From Patescibacteria group bacterium (GTDB lineage Bacteria; Patescibacteriota; Patescibacteriia; PEXW01), in assembly GCA_041665345.1 (NCBI GenBank), contig JBAYJA010000004.1, positions 48,122 through 112,121 on the forward strand: a stretch of 64,000 nt of DNA, in the 5' to 3' direction. Position 1 is the stretch's first letter, and each line of letters begins with the position of its first letter. Made by a program: the position numbers and the translations under genes. The notes beneath the pieces are model-generated. The model was given only the letters and a program-made list of their open reading frames with translations. It had not been told where the DNA came from and ran no database searches. Shown in pieces: positions 49,000-57,720 of the stretch.

Positions 49000-49542
49000 A
49001 TGCCAAATCTCGTGCCCGTCGCCACCACGACCAGACACACGTTCCACACCAAGCACCGGCAAGAATTCATTACCATCACCCAGCAGGTGGAGGCGGCAAT
49101 TGCTGCATCCGGCGTGCAGATGGGGACAGTGACCATTCAGAGCCTCCACACCACGGCCAGCATTTGGGTAAACGAAGATGAAAAAAATTTGATTGGCCCA
49201 AACCAGAAGCTGGGCTACACCAGTGACTTGTCCCGGGTGTTGGATCGGTTTGCCGATCCAGAAGAAGACTACGGGCACAATGACGTGCGCGATGCCCGGA
49301 ATCCCAAAGGCAAGCGAGACACCCACCTGTGCGATGCTGACTCCTGCGGCATTGTGCATGAGTGCATCAACGGCCACGCGCATGCTCAGGCCATGATCCT
49401 CCCCTGCTCCGTCACCATGATTGTGGAAAATGGAAAGTTGGTAAAAGGTCGGTGGCAGCAGATCATGCTCATTGAGCTGGACCACGACCGCGAACGCCAA
49501 GTAACGATTCTTGTGCAGGGCATCGGGGAGAAAAAAGCGTAA
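49000..49542 (+). CDS. YjbQ/UPF0047 family protein (secondary thiamine-phosphate synthase-like)
   Basis: ...GTVTIQSLHTTASIWVNEDE...YGHNDVRD...GHAHAQAMILPCSVTMIVENGKLVKGRWQQIMLIELD matches the YjbQ fold signature. Confidence 0.6.
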   Translation: MPNLVPVATTTRHTFHTKHRQEFITITQQVEAAIAASGVQMGTVTIQSLHTTASIWVNEDEKNLIGPNQKLGYTSDLSRVLDRFADPEEDYGHNDVRDARNPKGKRDTHLCDADSCGIVHECINGHAHAQAMILPCSVTMIVENGKLVKGRWQQIMLIELDHDRERQVTILVQGIGEKKA

Positions 49543-49596
49543 CCAAGAATATACCAATACCAGAGCAGCCTCTCCAGGCTGCGATGCTTTTCCGAT

Positions 49597-49630
49597 TAAA
49601 AAAACCCGCTCCATGGTGGGCGGGTTAAAA
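49597..49630 (-). terminator. Rho-independent terminator (minus-strand sense) after 49647..50114
   Basis: aacccgc-tccatggtg-ggcgggtt with the A-run on plus equal to a U-run on the minus transcript. Confidence 0.45.
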
Positions 49631-49646
49631 ATTCAAATAGCAGGGT

Positions 49647-50114
49647 TCAATCGAGCCAATAGTAGGTGATTGCGCCGTCTTCATGCAAATCATCAACTTC
49701 ATTGAGAGCTTTGTCGATTTGCATTTTCACGTCTTCTCCTGTCGGTTCGGTTTTGAAAAAAAGCAGTAGGTGCACCATGAAGCATTCTTTTTCCGACGGA
49801 TGTGGGACAACTTTTATGGTGTTCCCGGTACTGTCTCTCGTAAACGGATCGAAGATTGCGTGCAGGAGCAACGTAGCGTTCTCAGAAAACGTAGGAGACA
49901 GTTCATCGAAAGGGAGTAAGACATATCGTTCATACGTTTGCCGGTACAGCCAGCCTTGGTAATAAAGTATGAGCTGACCAGTATGCTGGTGATGTGACAG
50001 AGTGGCCCAGTTCATGCACAGACCTAAATCGTCAAGTGACCGTACAGCATTCCCTGGACTGTCACACACTAGTGATTTAAACTCCGGCTTCCCTTGTAAT
50101 GTAACAAATGACAT
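49647..50114 (-). CDS. Hypothetical protein
   Basis: Strong ribosome-binding site AAGGAGG 6 nt upstream of ATG 50114. 155 aa. Confidence 0.45.
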   Translation of the reverse strand: MSFVTLQGKPEFKSLVCDSPGNAVRSLDDLGLCMNWATLSHHQHTGQLILYYQGWLYRQTYERYVLLPFDELSPTFSENATLLLHAIFDPFTRDSTGNTIKVVPHPSEKECFMVHLLLFFKTEPTGEDVKMQIDKALNEVDDLHEDGAITYYWLD

Positions 50115-50198
50115 TGTTCCTCCTTCTTAGTTTTTGCTTTTTCTTTACACATCATCCTATCCTTCGGACGTTTGCTCGTCAAGCGCTATACTACCTCC

Positions 50199-50480
50199 AT
50201 GACCCTTGACCCCACCGGCGCTACGCTTGGACTGGGCTCAGCAGACTTGAAGGTAGTTGTCCTCTCCACGGTCAGCTTTGTGTTGGGCTTGCTGACACTC
50301 ATTCAGACCATTGTGGTGCTCTACAGTGGTTTCATGTGGCTCACCGCCCGGGGTGACGATGAACGGAAGCACGAAGCAAAAATGACCCTCTTTCGCTCAG
50401 TGGTCGGCACCTTCATTGTTGGGGTTGCCTGGGGAATTGTCCTGTTCTTGTTCCGGTTGGTGGAGCGAGCAACGACATAG
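50199..50480 (+). CDS. Small two-TM membrane protein (VirB2/TrbC pilin-like topology; inference)
   Basis: MTLDPTGATLGLGSADLKVVVLSTVSFVLGLLTLIQTIVVLYSGFMWLTARGDD...TFIVGVAWGIVLFLF. The track start is TTG. Confidence 0.35.
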   Translation: MTLDPTGATLGLGSADLKVVVLSTVSFVLGLLTLIQTIVVLYSGFMWLTARGDDERKHEAKMTLFRSVVGTFIVGVAWGIVLFLFRLVERATT

Positions 50481-50505
50481 CCGGATCTTCCTCCCTCTCC
50501 TCTCT

Positions 50506-50623
50506 GTCATTCTGAGTCTTCGACCTGCCCGCCGTACTTCGTCGCGAAGGCAGGCGGGAGAATCTCCGAACAATTTTTACAAACCATGGAGATTCTTCAT
50601 CCCGAAGCGGGATTCAGAATGAC
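50506..50623. repeat. MITE-like palindromic element with terminal inverted repeats GTCATTCTGA / TCAGAATGAC (relative of 6518..6646)
   Basis: Ends gtcattctgag (50506-50516) and tcagaatgac (50614-50623). Internal mini-palindromes cttcgtcgcgaag and atcccgaagcgggat. Confidence 0.4.
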
Positions 50624-50676
50624 AAAGAAGAGACCTCTACAGCTCTACGGCTTTATAGCTCTACGGCTCATCCCCC

Positions 50677-51036
50677 CTACTCCCCCACGTTTTCCAAATG
50701 CACTACCTGCTCCTTGCCGGTCGTGTTCGTAATGGCAATGACGTCCAGTTGGTACTCACCTGTCCAGCCTCGTTGTTCCACAATCCACTCCATGGATTGC
50801 TCCAGGCGTTCCAGCTTTGCCGCGTTGATTGCTGCTTCCGGTGGGCCAAAGCCCGTGGAGGTACGGTACTTCACTTCCACACCAACCAGCACCTTTGCTT
50901 TGGTGCAGAGAATGTCCACTTCCCCATAGGGTGTGCGGACATTTTTTTCAATCTTGGTGTACTTCTTTTTCTGCAATAAAGCCACGGCCAGTTGCTCACC
51001 GTACTTCCCGCGTTCGTGTGCCAGTACGGCACTCAT
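50677..51036 (-). CDS. YraN/UPF0102 family endonuclease-like protein
   Basis: ERGKYGEQLAVALLQKKKYTKIEKNVRTPYGEVDILCTKAKVLVGVEVKYR is the UPF0102 signature. ATG 51036 has AAGGAG upstream; the track's 5' extension was rejected. Confidence 0.55.
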   Translation of the reverse strand: MSAVLAHERGKYGEQLAVALLQKKKYTKIEKNVRTPYGEVDILCTKAKVLVGVEVKYRTSTGFGPPEAAINAAKLERLEQSMEWIVEQRGWTGEYQLDVIAITNTTGKEQVVHLENVGE

Positions 51037-51037
51037 C

Positions 51038-51601
51038 CTACTCCTTGGTGAACACCAAGCCGAAGTGGTAGGGACCGGGCACAAACTCTTCCACAAAGGT
51101 AAAACCAACTTGATCCGCAGACTTCCGAATACTGGAAGCGTGTGCCAGACCATCCACATTGTGCGGCCCCATCCGCATGCCAGATACCTTCCAATCAATA
51201 ACCAACAGCCGACCGCCAGGCTTGAGCATGCGGTACGTCTCCTTCAAAATCTCCACCGGCTTCTTGCTTTGGAAAAGGAGGTTGATGAGTAACCCAAGAT
51301 CCACAATCTCATCCCGCACCAGACGCGCGCCACGGAATACTTCCAGGTTAGACCACACCGGAATGATGTTCGGTAAGCCTGCTAACTTTGACCGGCTGAC
51401 CAAGTTTGAAAGTGCGGACTTCAGCACATCAATTCCAAACACCGTCCCTTTGCTGCCCACCATCTTGGCCGCTTGCAACACGAAGTAACCGGAGCCACCG
51501 CAGCCTAAATCCGCTACCACTTGGCCAGGCCCCAAGCCCACCCGGTGGAGAATGTGCTCAGTGTCGAAAAGTTTGGTACCCGAAGGAATTTTGCTGGCCA
51601 T
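51038..51601 (-). CDS. Class I SAM-dependent methyltransferase
   Basis: VVADLGCGGSGYFVLQAAKMVG...GTVFGIDV. Confidence 0.55.
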   Translation of the reverse strand: MASKIPSGTKLFDTEHILHRVGLGPGQVVADLGCGGSGYFVLQAAKMVGSKGTVFGIDVLKSALSNLVSRSKLAGLPNIIPVWSNLEVFRGARLVRDEIVDLGLLINLLFQSKKPVEILKETYRMLKPGGRLLVIDWKVSGMRMGPHNVDGLAHASSIRKSADQVGFTFVEEFVPGPYHFGLVFTKE

Positions 51602-51607
51602 AAGTAT

Positions 51608-52444
51608 TTAGCGTTTGGACGAACGGCGTTTGCGAGAAACTTTTTTGGGAGTGACGCGGCGCGCCTTTGTGATACGAGGTTTTCCTTTTGCGAGCTTCCG
51701 CTTTGGAAGAGCTTTCCGTGGCTTGGGTTTCGCAATGACTTTCTTCTTCACAACTTTTCGTTTTACCCGTGCTCCAGTCTTCTTCTTTGGCTTCACTTTC
51801 GTCTTCTGCTTTTTCACTTTCAATCCTAACCGCGCCTTCACGGGAGCAAAAGATTTTCGGTGCTCTGGTGTTGGTCCGTGCAACGTTAATAACTGCTGGT
51901 GCAGTGCTGTGCCGTACCCTTTATGAATGTGAAACTGGAAAAGTGGGTACAACCGGTGCAGTTCTGAACTCATGATCCGATCGCGTACGACCTTCGCCAC
52001 AATCGATGCCGCGCCAATGGTTCGCTCCAAAGCATCGCCATCAATAATGCTCACCACCGGAATGTTGGTGAAAGTAAGTGGGAAGGCATCCACCAGCAAC
52101 GCATCCGGTTTGATGTACAACTTTGCCGTTGCACGTTCCAGTGCTTGGCGGTTGGCTTCGGTTATCCCTTCCTTATCTATGACCGCCGCTGGGACAATGT
52201 GCACCGCCCAGGCAATCGCCTTTTTCGTGATCGCCACAAAAAGCTCCTCACGCTGCTTTGGGGAGAGTAGTTTAGAGTCCGTAACCCCTGCTGGAACATC
52301 ATTCGTATCCAAAATCACGGCAGCTGCCACTAATGGGCCAGCCCAGCTGCCTTTGCCAACTTCATCCACGCCGGCAATGTGCCGGTGACCGGCCTTGCGC
52401 AAGCGGTGTTCGTGCTCATTTGTTGGTTTCTTCCATTTTGCCAT
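51608..52444 (-). CDS. rnhB: Ribonuclease HII with about 70-aa lysine-rich C-terminal tail
   Basis: IAGVDEVGKGSWAGPLVAAAVIL...DSK...ASIVAKV catalytic core. Tail KVKKQKTKVKPKKKTGARVKRKVVKKKVIAKPKPRK.... ATG 52444 chosen; the track start is a 5' extension. Confidence 0.65.
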   Translation of the reverse strand: MAKWKKPTNEHEHRLRKAGHRHIAGVDEVGKGSWAGPLVAAAVILDTNDVPAGVTDSKLLSPKQREELFVAITKKAIAWAVHIVPAAVIDKEGITEANRQALERATAKLYIKPDALLVDAFPLTFTNIPVVSIIDGDALERTIGAASIVAKVVRDRIMSSELHRLYPLFQFHIHKGYGTALHQQLLTLHGPTPEHRKSFAPVKARLGLKVKKQKTKVKPKKKTGARVKRKVVKKKVIAKPKPRKALPKRKLAKGKPRITKARRVTPKKVSRKRRSSKR

Positions 52445-53325
52445 ACGCAGAGTATAGCGCATTCCCCAGCTTTTTTCTCCTTTCCTTATTCTCTGCAATA
52501 ATCCCTTACTTCAAAAAAATAACCAATTAAAAAAGGGCGCGAGCGTCCAAATATCATAGATAATAAGGGGACTGCGCCCTTTAGAATTCTCAAAAGTAGA
52601 TATTTGCCGCTACGTTTACCGTTCCTCCGTAGAGAAGCCGTCAACGTAGCAGCAACTACCATAAACCTTATGAGAATGTATATTCTTCATTCCCACTTTC
52701 TTGAAGAATGTTTTTAACGCCAACCGCTCTTGTGGTTATACTCCCTGCCCGAGAGCTCAGAAGTTAACCTTTTAGTTCCAGTGGCTTTTTATAACCTCCT
52801 GGAGTTTTATTTTACAGACAGGCGTGTGGGACGCCTATGACGAGCAGTAGGACAGGGAGGTCACAACGCGTTTTGGGTGACATTGACTGCCCGACTTCTC
52901 GGTCTTTAGTAGCAAGAGTAGTTTTTTGCGTTGATTTAAAGAGCGTTCTTTATCTAACAGCGGAAGTATAGCACTGTTTTGACGTAATGTCAAATATCTG
53001 GTTTGGCTAAGATTAGCGGAAATTACGAATAGGGTTACGTCCCGCCACTGAGGCGGGATCCCGCCTTCCTCTTCTCAGAAGCAAGAAGTGGCGGGAAATT
53101 ACGAAAAGAATGCTACGAAACTACGAATGTACGAATTGGGAGGGAGAATGCAGTTTTTTCGGAGTGCGGGCAGCTCTCGTAGAGTCTGAGCGACCCCGAG
53201 TCTGCTCGAGGGGGAGTCGAAGACTACCCGCTGCTCGACCGGGGAGGTTTTGGAGGGGGAAAGAATTCGGAGGATTTAGATTTGATTTGCATAAAGCCTT
53301 CCTCATGTAATACAGACGTTGCACT

Positions 53326-53448
53326 GGTAAGGGTTACCTCCCCCAACCCCTCCTTCGAAAGGAGGGGGGTGTTTGTGGTTTATGAAAACCAAGATCTTTA
53401 AACGTTCCTCCCCTTTCGAAGGGGAGGACAGGTGGGGTAACCCTTACC
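53326..53448. repeat. Nested GC-rich palindrome: outer 13-bp inverted repeat enclosing two CCTCC(C)-TTCGAA-GGAGG hairpins
   Basis: ggtaagggttacc (53326-53338) pairs with ggtaacccttacc (53436-53448). Inner hairpins at 53347-53367 and 53407-53427. Confidence 0.4.
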
Positions 53449-53469
53449 GGGAGAGGAATGCAAATAAAC

Positions 53470-54057
53470 CTAGCTATTTTTTACATAGACTATCTCGCTT
53501 CTACTTCCCTCCCACTCCCGATAAGCCTTTTTCACTTTACTTATGACTTGTCGAAGTGGAATCTTGGTGGTATCCAACACAAAGCTGTACTGCTTTCGCA
53601 GAAAGACATTCACCCCGTACAGTCTTTTGTAGCGTCGTGTGTCGGATTTCACCCGTTGTTTATTGATTTTCATGATCTGCGTCAGGGTTGGCAACTCACC
53701 CACTTCATTTTTCCGGTTTTTCTGGTCTGCCAGTACCCGCCGAGCACCTTCCCTGGGTGCAACATCCAAAAAAACGTTGAAAGCTCTGGGGAAAAAGTGA
53801 AAGGCCGTGCGGCTACTCAGCACCAAGTTCGGATATTTCCGCGCTTCCTTCACTAAGGCCTTATCAAATGCCCGGTCACCAGCATCTGGGTGCGCTTCAG
53901 CCCACGCATTGAAGGCATGGAGGGTGAGCCCGCGTTTGGTCGCCTCAGCACGGCGCAGGTGCCCCACGTCTAGTTGCCGGTATTTGAGTTGTTTTGCCAA
54001 GGCACGACTTACACTGGACTTGCCCGAACCAATAGCGCCGCTGATGGTGATAATCAT
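53470..54057 (-). CDS. Cytidylate kinase-like P-loop NMP kinase
   Basis: MIITISGAIGSGKSSVSRALAKQLKYRQLDVGHLRR (P-loop plus the NMP-kinase architecture of archaeal/short bacterial CMP kinases). Confidence 0.55.
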   Translation of the reverse strand: MIITISGAIGSGKSSVSRALAKQLKYRQLDVGHLRRAEATKRGLTLHAFNAWAEAHPDAGDRAFDKALVKEARKYPNLVLSSRTAFHFFPRAFNVFLDVAPREGARRVLADQKNRKNEVGELPTLTQIMKINKQRVKSDTRRYKRLYGVNVFLRKQYSFVLDTTKIPLRQVISKVKKAYREWEGSRSEIVYVKNS

Positions 54058-54160
54058 TTAATTTACGAATTACGAAAAGTGGTACGAATATACGAATGAA
54101 GAAGTACGGAGTAGAGACTTCAGTCTCTTGTACGATCCAGAGGCTGAAGCCTCTAGTCCA

Positions 54161-54649
54161 TCATGCTTGCACCGTGTGCGTGAGGAGGTCTAAAGAATAA
54201 CGTTTACCAGCTTGGTAGTCACGGACCATTTGCTTAATGTCTACGTCACGCAAGGTTGCACCGTCCATGGCTGCAATTTCCTCTGGGGTGAACCAACGTG
54301 TTTCCGTGGAGTCGTCAGCAAGTGCTTGCTGCGTTCCTGTAACTGTCCCGACGAAAATAAGTTTTATTGCATGAGGCATTACCGTTTCATTTTCTCGGAT
54401 ATCATGCCGGACAAGTGAGTATACTCCAAGTATATGCGTGGGTGTAAATGTGAAGCCACTCTCTTCTTGAGCTTCTCTTTGCACAGCATCAACTGGATTT
54501 TCACCTACATCAATCCAACCAGCCGGATGACTCCACTTTCCTGCATCTGGCCCTTTTCTTCCCGCTTCGCGCATGAGTAAGAATTTGCCGTCACGTTCAA
54601 TGATGGCACCAACAACGCCAAAGGTTTGAGTGAAGACACGTTGTGTCAT
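54161..54649 (-). CDS. NUDIX hydrolase
   Basis: Nudix box GWIDVGENPVDAVQREAQEESG. ATG at 54649 chosen over the TTG track start. Confidence 0.6.
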   Translation of the reverse strand: MTQRVFTQTFGVVGAIIERDGKFLLMREAGRKGPDAGKWSHPAGWIDVGENPVDAVQREAQEESGFTFTPTHILGVYSLVRHDIRENETVMPHAIKLIFVGTVTGTQQALADDSTETRWFTPEEIAAMDGATLRDVDIKQMVRDYQAGKRYSLDLLTHTVQA

Positions 54650-54651
54650 AT

Positions 54652-55053
54652 TCAATGTGCTTTAGAGGTCCTGCGCAGGATAAAATAATCACTAGCAAAC
54701 ACCGCGGCCACGAATAGACCAAACCCGGTGTACGCCCAGTAGCCAACTTTGTACCAGATGCTGGCCGCGTAGCAGATAGCAACCAGAATGAGCACGGCCT
54801 TGAAGACGATGGTTGTGAAGCGTAACGCCGGATGACGATCAAAACCCCAGACTTGCCGCAAGGTGAAGAAGCAGTCCAGGATAATGAGAGTACTACTGAT
54901 CGCGCCTGCCCACACCAATTCATTAGACAGACCGTAGCGTTGGGCCACGAACGTCATGATGATCACGACCAACCAACCACGGAAGAGGTAGGTGAACAGG
55001 AGGATGATCTCAGTGAGTGGTCGAACCTTACGCGGTTTGGTGAGGTGATACAT
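54652..55053 (-). CDS. Small multi-pass membrane protein
   Basis: Four hydrophobic helices. 133 aa. Confidence 0.4.
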   Translation of the reverse strand: MYHLTKPRKVRPLTEIILLFTYLFRGWLVVIIMTFVAQRYGLSNELVWAGAISSTLIILDCFFTLRQVWGFDRHPALRFTTIVFKAVLILVAICYAASIWYKVGYWAYTGFGLFVAAVFASDYFILRRTSKAH

Positions 55054-55164
55054 GGGTGAAGTATAGCAAGGGGTTGGTCAAGAAGTTAGGTTTGGGTAGA
55101 GCGGCGAGTATGGATAAAGGTTGCAGGTGTGGGGAAATGCAGAAGTTTCAATCATTGAGTGGGG

Positions 55165-55193
55165 TTGACAAAACTGAATAAATGCGCTACACT
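55165..55193 (+). promoter_or_regulatory. Sigma70-type promoter TTGACA-N17-TACACT, giving a roughly 150-nt 5' UTR for the CSD-fusion gene
   Basis: ttgaca at 55165-55170, tacact at 55188-55193, ATG at 55348. Confidence 0.4.
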
Positions 55194-55347
55194 ACAGCGT
55201 TCTCAACAATTGTAGGTACTTTGAAAATTGACAATTTTCATCTCCAGTTCCTTGCGTGGGAAATTCGTCTTGCGCAGGGTTGCTGGAGGTGAAAGGGATA
55301 TCTCCGAAGCAATGTGTGTGTTTGCCTGATCCCTAGAGGGAGGCGTA

Positions 55348-56751
55348 ATGCCTTACCAACAGTATTCCGGTGAAGTAGTCACCGTGAATGTCGAGAAACA
55401 ATTTGGCTTCATCGGCTTGCTGACCGTACGTTTATCGAACGACCAGGAACACGACCTGGTAACGTCGGAAGATATTTTCGTCCACCAAAATGACGTCGAC
55501 ACGACGTTAATCCCAGGATTGCGTGTTGCCTTTGACGTGGAACTCGATGACAAGCGTGGCGACGGTACGTTCCGGGCAGTGAATGTCATCGCTCTGGTGG
55601 AGCACGACTTGCTGCCGGCTATGGTGGAACCGATTCCTGGTTTCCACGTGGTGGTGCCAGCGGGTCAGAGTTTCAAACTCACCGCCTATCACGCGCAGAT
55701 GAAGGACGTGCGACCCGAGGTAGTAGCTCAGGTGGAGGCAAATCAGCCGCTGCCGGGTATTCCACGGGAAGATATCCGATTGGACAATGAAGAGACCAGG
55801 AAGTTCTTGCAGGCTTTCCTGCTGTACACGTTTCCTTCGTTGGTAGATTATGGGGCCGATTTCAACATCGGCACCCCGGATGACACGGCCATGCAGCTCA
55901 CGCTACAGGAAGCAATCGAGAGCCACCGCGCACTTGGGTTAACTTCCCAGGTGGAGGTGCTTGAAGAGGAAGTCAAACGTTTTGGTAAGTTTCGTGGGGC
56001 ACTGAACTTACTCTGGGCAGATGGCGTTGCACGGCCGGGATCTATTATTCCGATCGAGAATTTGCCGGATCTCTTTATGGCGGTTCCAGTCTGGTACCAC
56101 TACTTCGCCAACGATACCCAAGGGAAGAGTGAGGCAGTTGAAGCAGCGAATACGGATGATCCATGGGTGCATGCGCGCACTGCTTTCTTCTGCGACCTCG
56201 TGCCAACCCGGCGTTGGTCGGACCTTTACCAGATGTTCAACCGTCGGTTGCGAACCCTGGAAAACTACAAGGGGGACATCATTCCACCGCATGTTGCACG
56301 ACGGCTCCAGAACGCTGCTGAGGTGTTTGACTACTTAGTCATCGCAACTCCGTACCTGGAAGAAGCTGGTAAGGACTGGGAAAACCTGGACTGGATTCGC
56401 TCCATTGATCCGTACGTCCTGGGTTTCATCAAGGATTCTCCTGTGTTCTTCGTAGTGGCACGGTTCAGTAACAGTGGGACGTTCCCGCTGTACAACGAGC
56501 TACTCGGCGACACGGTGGAATTTCTCCGGTCGAACCGATCCAAGTTGGATGGGTTTAATACCGTCAGTAGACCGTTCTGGTACAGGGGTGGCGATACCGG
56601 CGTGAATGACGGCAACCCCTTGCGGGATTGCTTTGATGGTTTGTTAGGTCAGCATCTGAGCAAACTCACTGAAGAGCTGCTCAGGCAGTTTGACCAGGGC
56701 ACACTCTTCCCCTGGATTCGTCAGGAAGAAGAGCAACCTACTAAACAGTAG
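55348..56751 (+). CDS. Cold-shock-domain protein fused to a roughly 390-aa domain of unknown function
   Basis: N-terminal GEVVTVNVEKQFGFIGL...DIFVHQNDV...GLRVAFDV...GTFRAVNV is a cold-shock domain. The C-terminal domain has no match. AGGGAGG ribosome-binding site. Confidence 0.6.
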   Translation: MPYQQYSGEVVTVNVEKQFGFIGLLTVRLSNDQEHDLVTSEDIFVHQNDVDTTLIPGLRVAFDVELDDKRGDGTFRAVNVIALVEHDLLPAMVEPIPGFHVVVPAGQSFKLTAYHAQMKDVRPEVVAQVEANQPLPGIPREDIRLDNEETRKFLQAFLLYTFPSLVDYGADFNIGTPDDTAMQLTLQEAIESHRALGLTSQVEVLEEEVKRFGKFRGALNLLWADGVARPGSIIPIENLPDLFMAVPVWYHYFANDTQGKSEAVEAANTDDPWVHARTAFFCDLVPTRRWSDLYQMFNRRLRTLENYKGDIIPPHVARRLQNAAEVFDYLVIATPYLEEAGKDWENLDWIRSIDPYVLGFIKDSPVFFVVARFSNSGTFPLYNELLGDTVEFLRSNRSKLDGFNTVSRPFWYRGGDTGVNDGNPLRDCFDGLLGQHLSKLTEELLRQFDQGTLFPWIRQEEEQPTKQ

Positions 56752-56771
56752 ATTTTTACTGAGTACTTTCA

Positions 56772-56803
56772 AAGCAACCTCGCTCCACGGGGTTGCTTTT
56801 TTC
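56772..56803 (+). terminator. Rho-independent terminator
   Basis: aagcaacc-loop-ggttgctt followed by tttttt. Confidence 0.5.
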
Positions 56804-56831
56804 TTGACTTCCTTTCACCGCATGCTACACT
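56804..56831 (+). promoter_or_regulatory. Candidate promoter TTGACT-N16-TACACT for the HAD gene
   Basis: ttgact at 56804-56809, tacact at 56826-56831. Same -10 hexamer as the CSD-gene promoter. Confidence 0.35.
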
Positions 56832-56867
56832 TCGCGGAAATACGAAAACAAAAACAAGGAGGAAAAA

Positions 56868-57698
56868 ATGGTACGTATCCAACACGCGTTCTGTGATTTA
56901 GATGACACGCATTTACATTTCATGGCTGGCCATCGACCCGCTATTGCCTTTCTTGCCAAGGAGGTTGGCCAAAAATTTGCAAATGCATTTGATGCCACGT
57001 ATCAAGTGCTGCACCTTGGTGGTCAAGCGCAAGATGGGGATTGGTCCATGGTCCCTGGTGGCCAGGAGGCATACGAACAGCTTCGCAAGAAATTGCAACT
57101 GACAAAAATTGGCAGCCGATCCTTCCCCTGGTCACGCGAACTCGCGGCACTGCATGCGGCGCAAGTTGTGGACATGCAACTGCATCCAAGAGAGGCAGTG
57201 GAAATTGCGGCAAAGTACTGGGCGATATTGAGTAGCAATATTACGCTCTACCCAGATGCGCTGCGTTTCCTGGGCCGCTTAAAAGCAGAAGGTGTGCAGA
57301 ACCACATCTCCACTGGGTCTGACAGCAGTCTGCGCTGGGCAGAAAATGGTTGGGTGTATGACCCAAAATTGGCCAAGAAAATTAAAATGTTCCGCGTACG
57401 AGTACTTGATGAGTTTGGTTTTTCTCCGGCTAGTGTCACAACCGGAGATCCAATTGACAAACCCGATAAAGCATTTTACGAACAGGTTATGCTCAATGCG
57501 TGCATTGAAACTGACCTGACGACAATTGATCCCGCAACCTGCATCACGGTAGGTGATTCTTTCCGGGGCGACGTCGCAATGCCCATGCAGTGCCTGGGCA
57601 TTCCGCAGGGGTACTGGCTCCAGCGAGGACAACCAAGACGGCAGCTGACAGAGAACATTCACCTGATTGGCTCCTTGGACGAAATTCCGTTGGAGTAA
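56868..57698 (+). CDS. HAD-superfamily hydrolase
   Basis: Motif I FCDLDDTH (DxDxT). AAGGAGG ribosome-binding site. Confidence 0.6.
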   Translation: MVRIQHAFCDLDDTHLHFMAGHRPAIAFLAKEVGQKFANAFDATYQVLHLGGQAQDGDWSMVPGGQEAYEQLRKKLQLTKIGSRSFPWSRELAALHAAQVVDMQLHPREAVEIAAKYWAILSSNITLYPDALRFLGRLKAEGVQNHISTGSDSSLRWAENGWVYDPKLAKKIKMFRVRVLDEFGFSPASVTTGDPIDKPDKAFYEQVMLNACIETDLTTIDPATCITVGDSFRGDVAMPMQCLGIPQGYWLQRGQPRRQLTENIHLIGSLDEIPLE

Positions 57699-57720
57699 TC
57701 CGCTCATTAGCACAACAGTC

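Noticed and set aside
53110-53324. Two overlapping roughly 66-aa ORFs (both strands) in the structured non-coding region
   Set aside because: They lie across GC-rich palindromes, which naturally create ORFs on both strands. No ribosome-binding site. Arg/Gly-rich low-complexity translations.
52445-53469. Possibility that the 1 kb non-coding region encodes RNase P RNA, tmRNA, SRP RNA, or is oriC
   Set aside because: By eye I found no P4 AGGAAAGTCCGG-type sequence, no tRNA-like 3' end or ANDENYALAA-type tag frame, no GGAAG...CAGC SRP motif, and no TTATCCACA DnaA boxes. This rejects those specific identities only; it does not show the region is inert.
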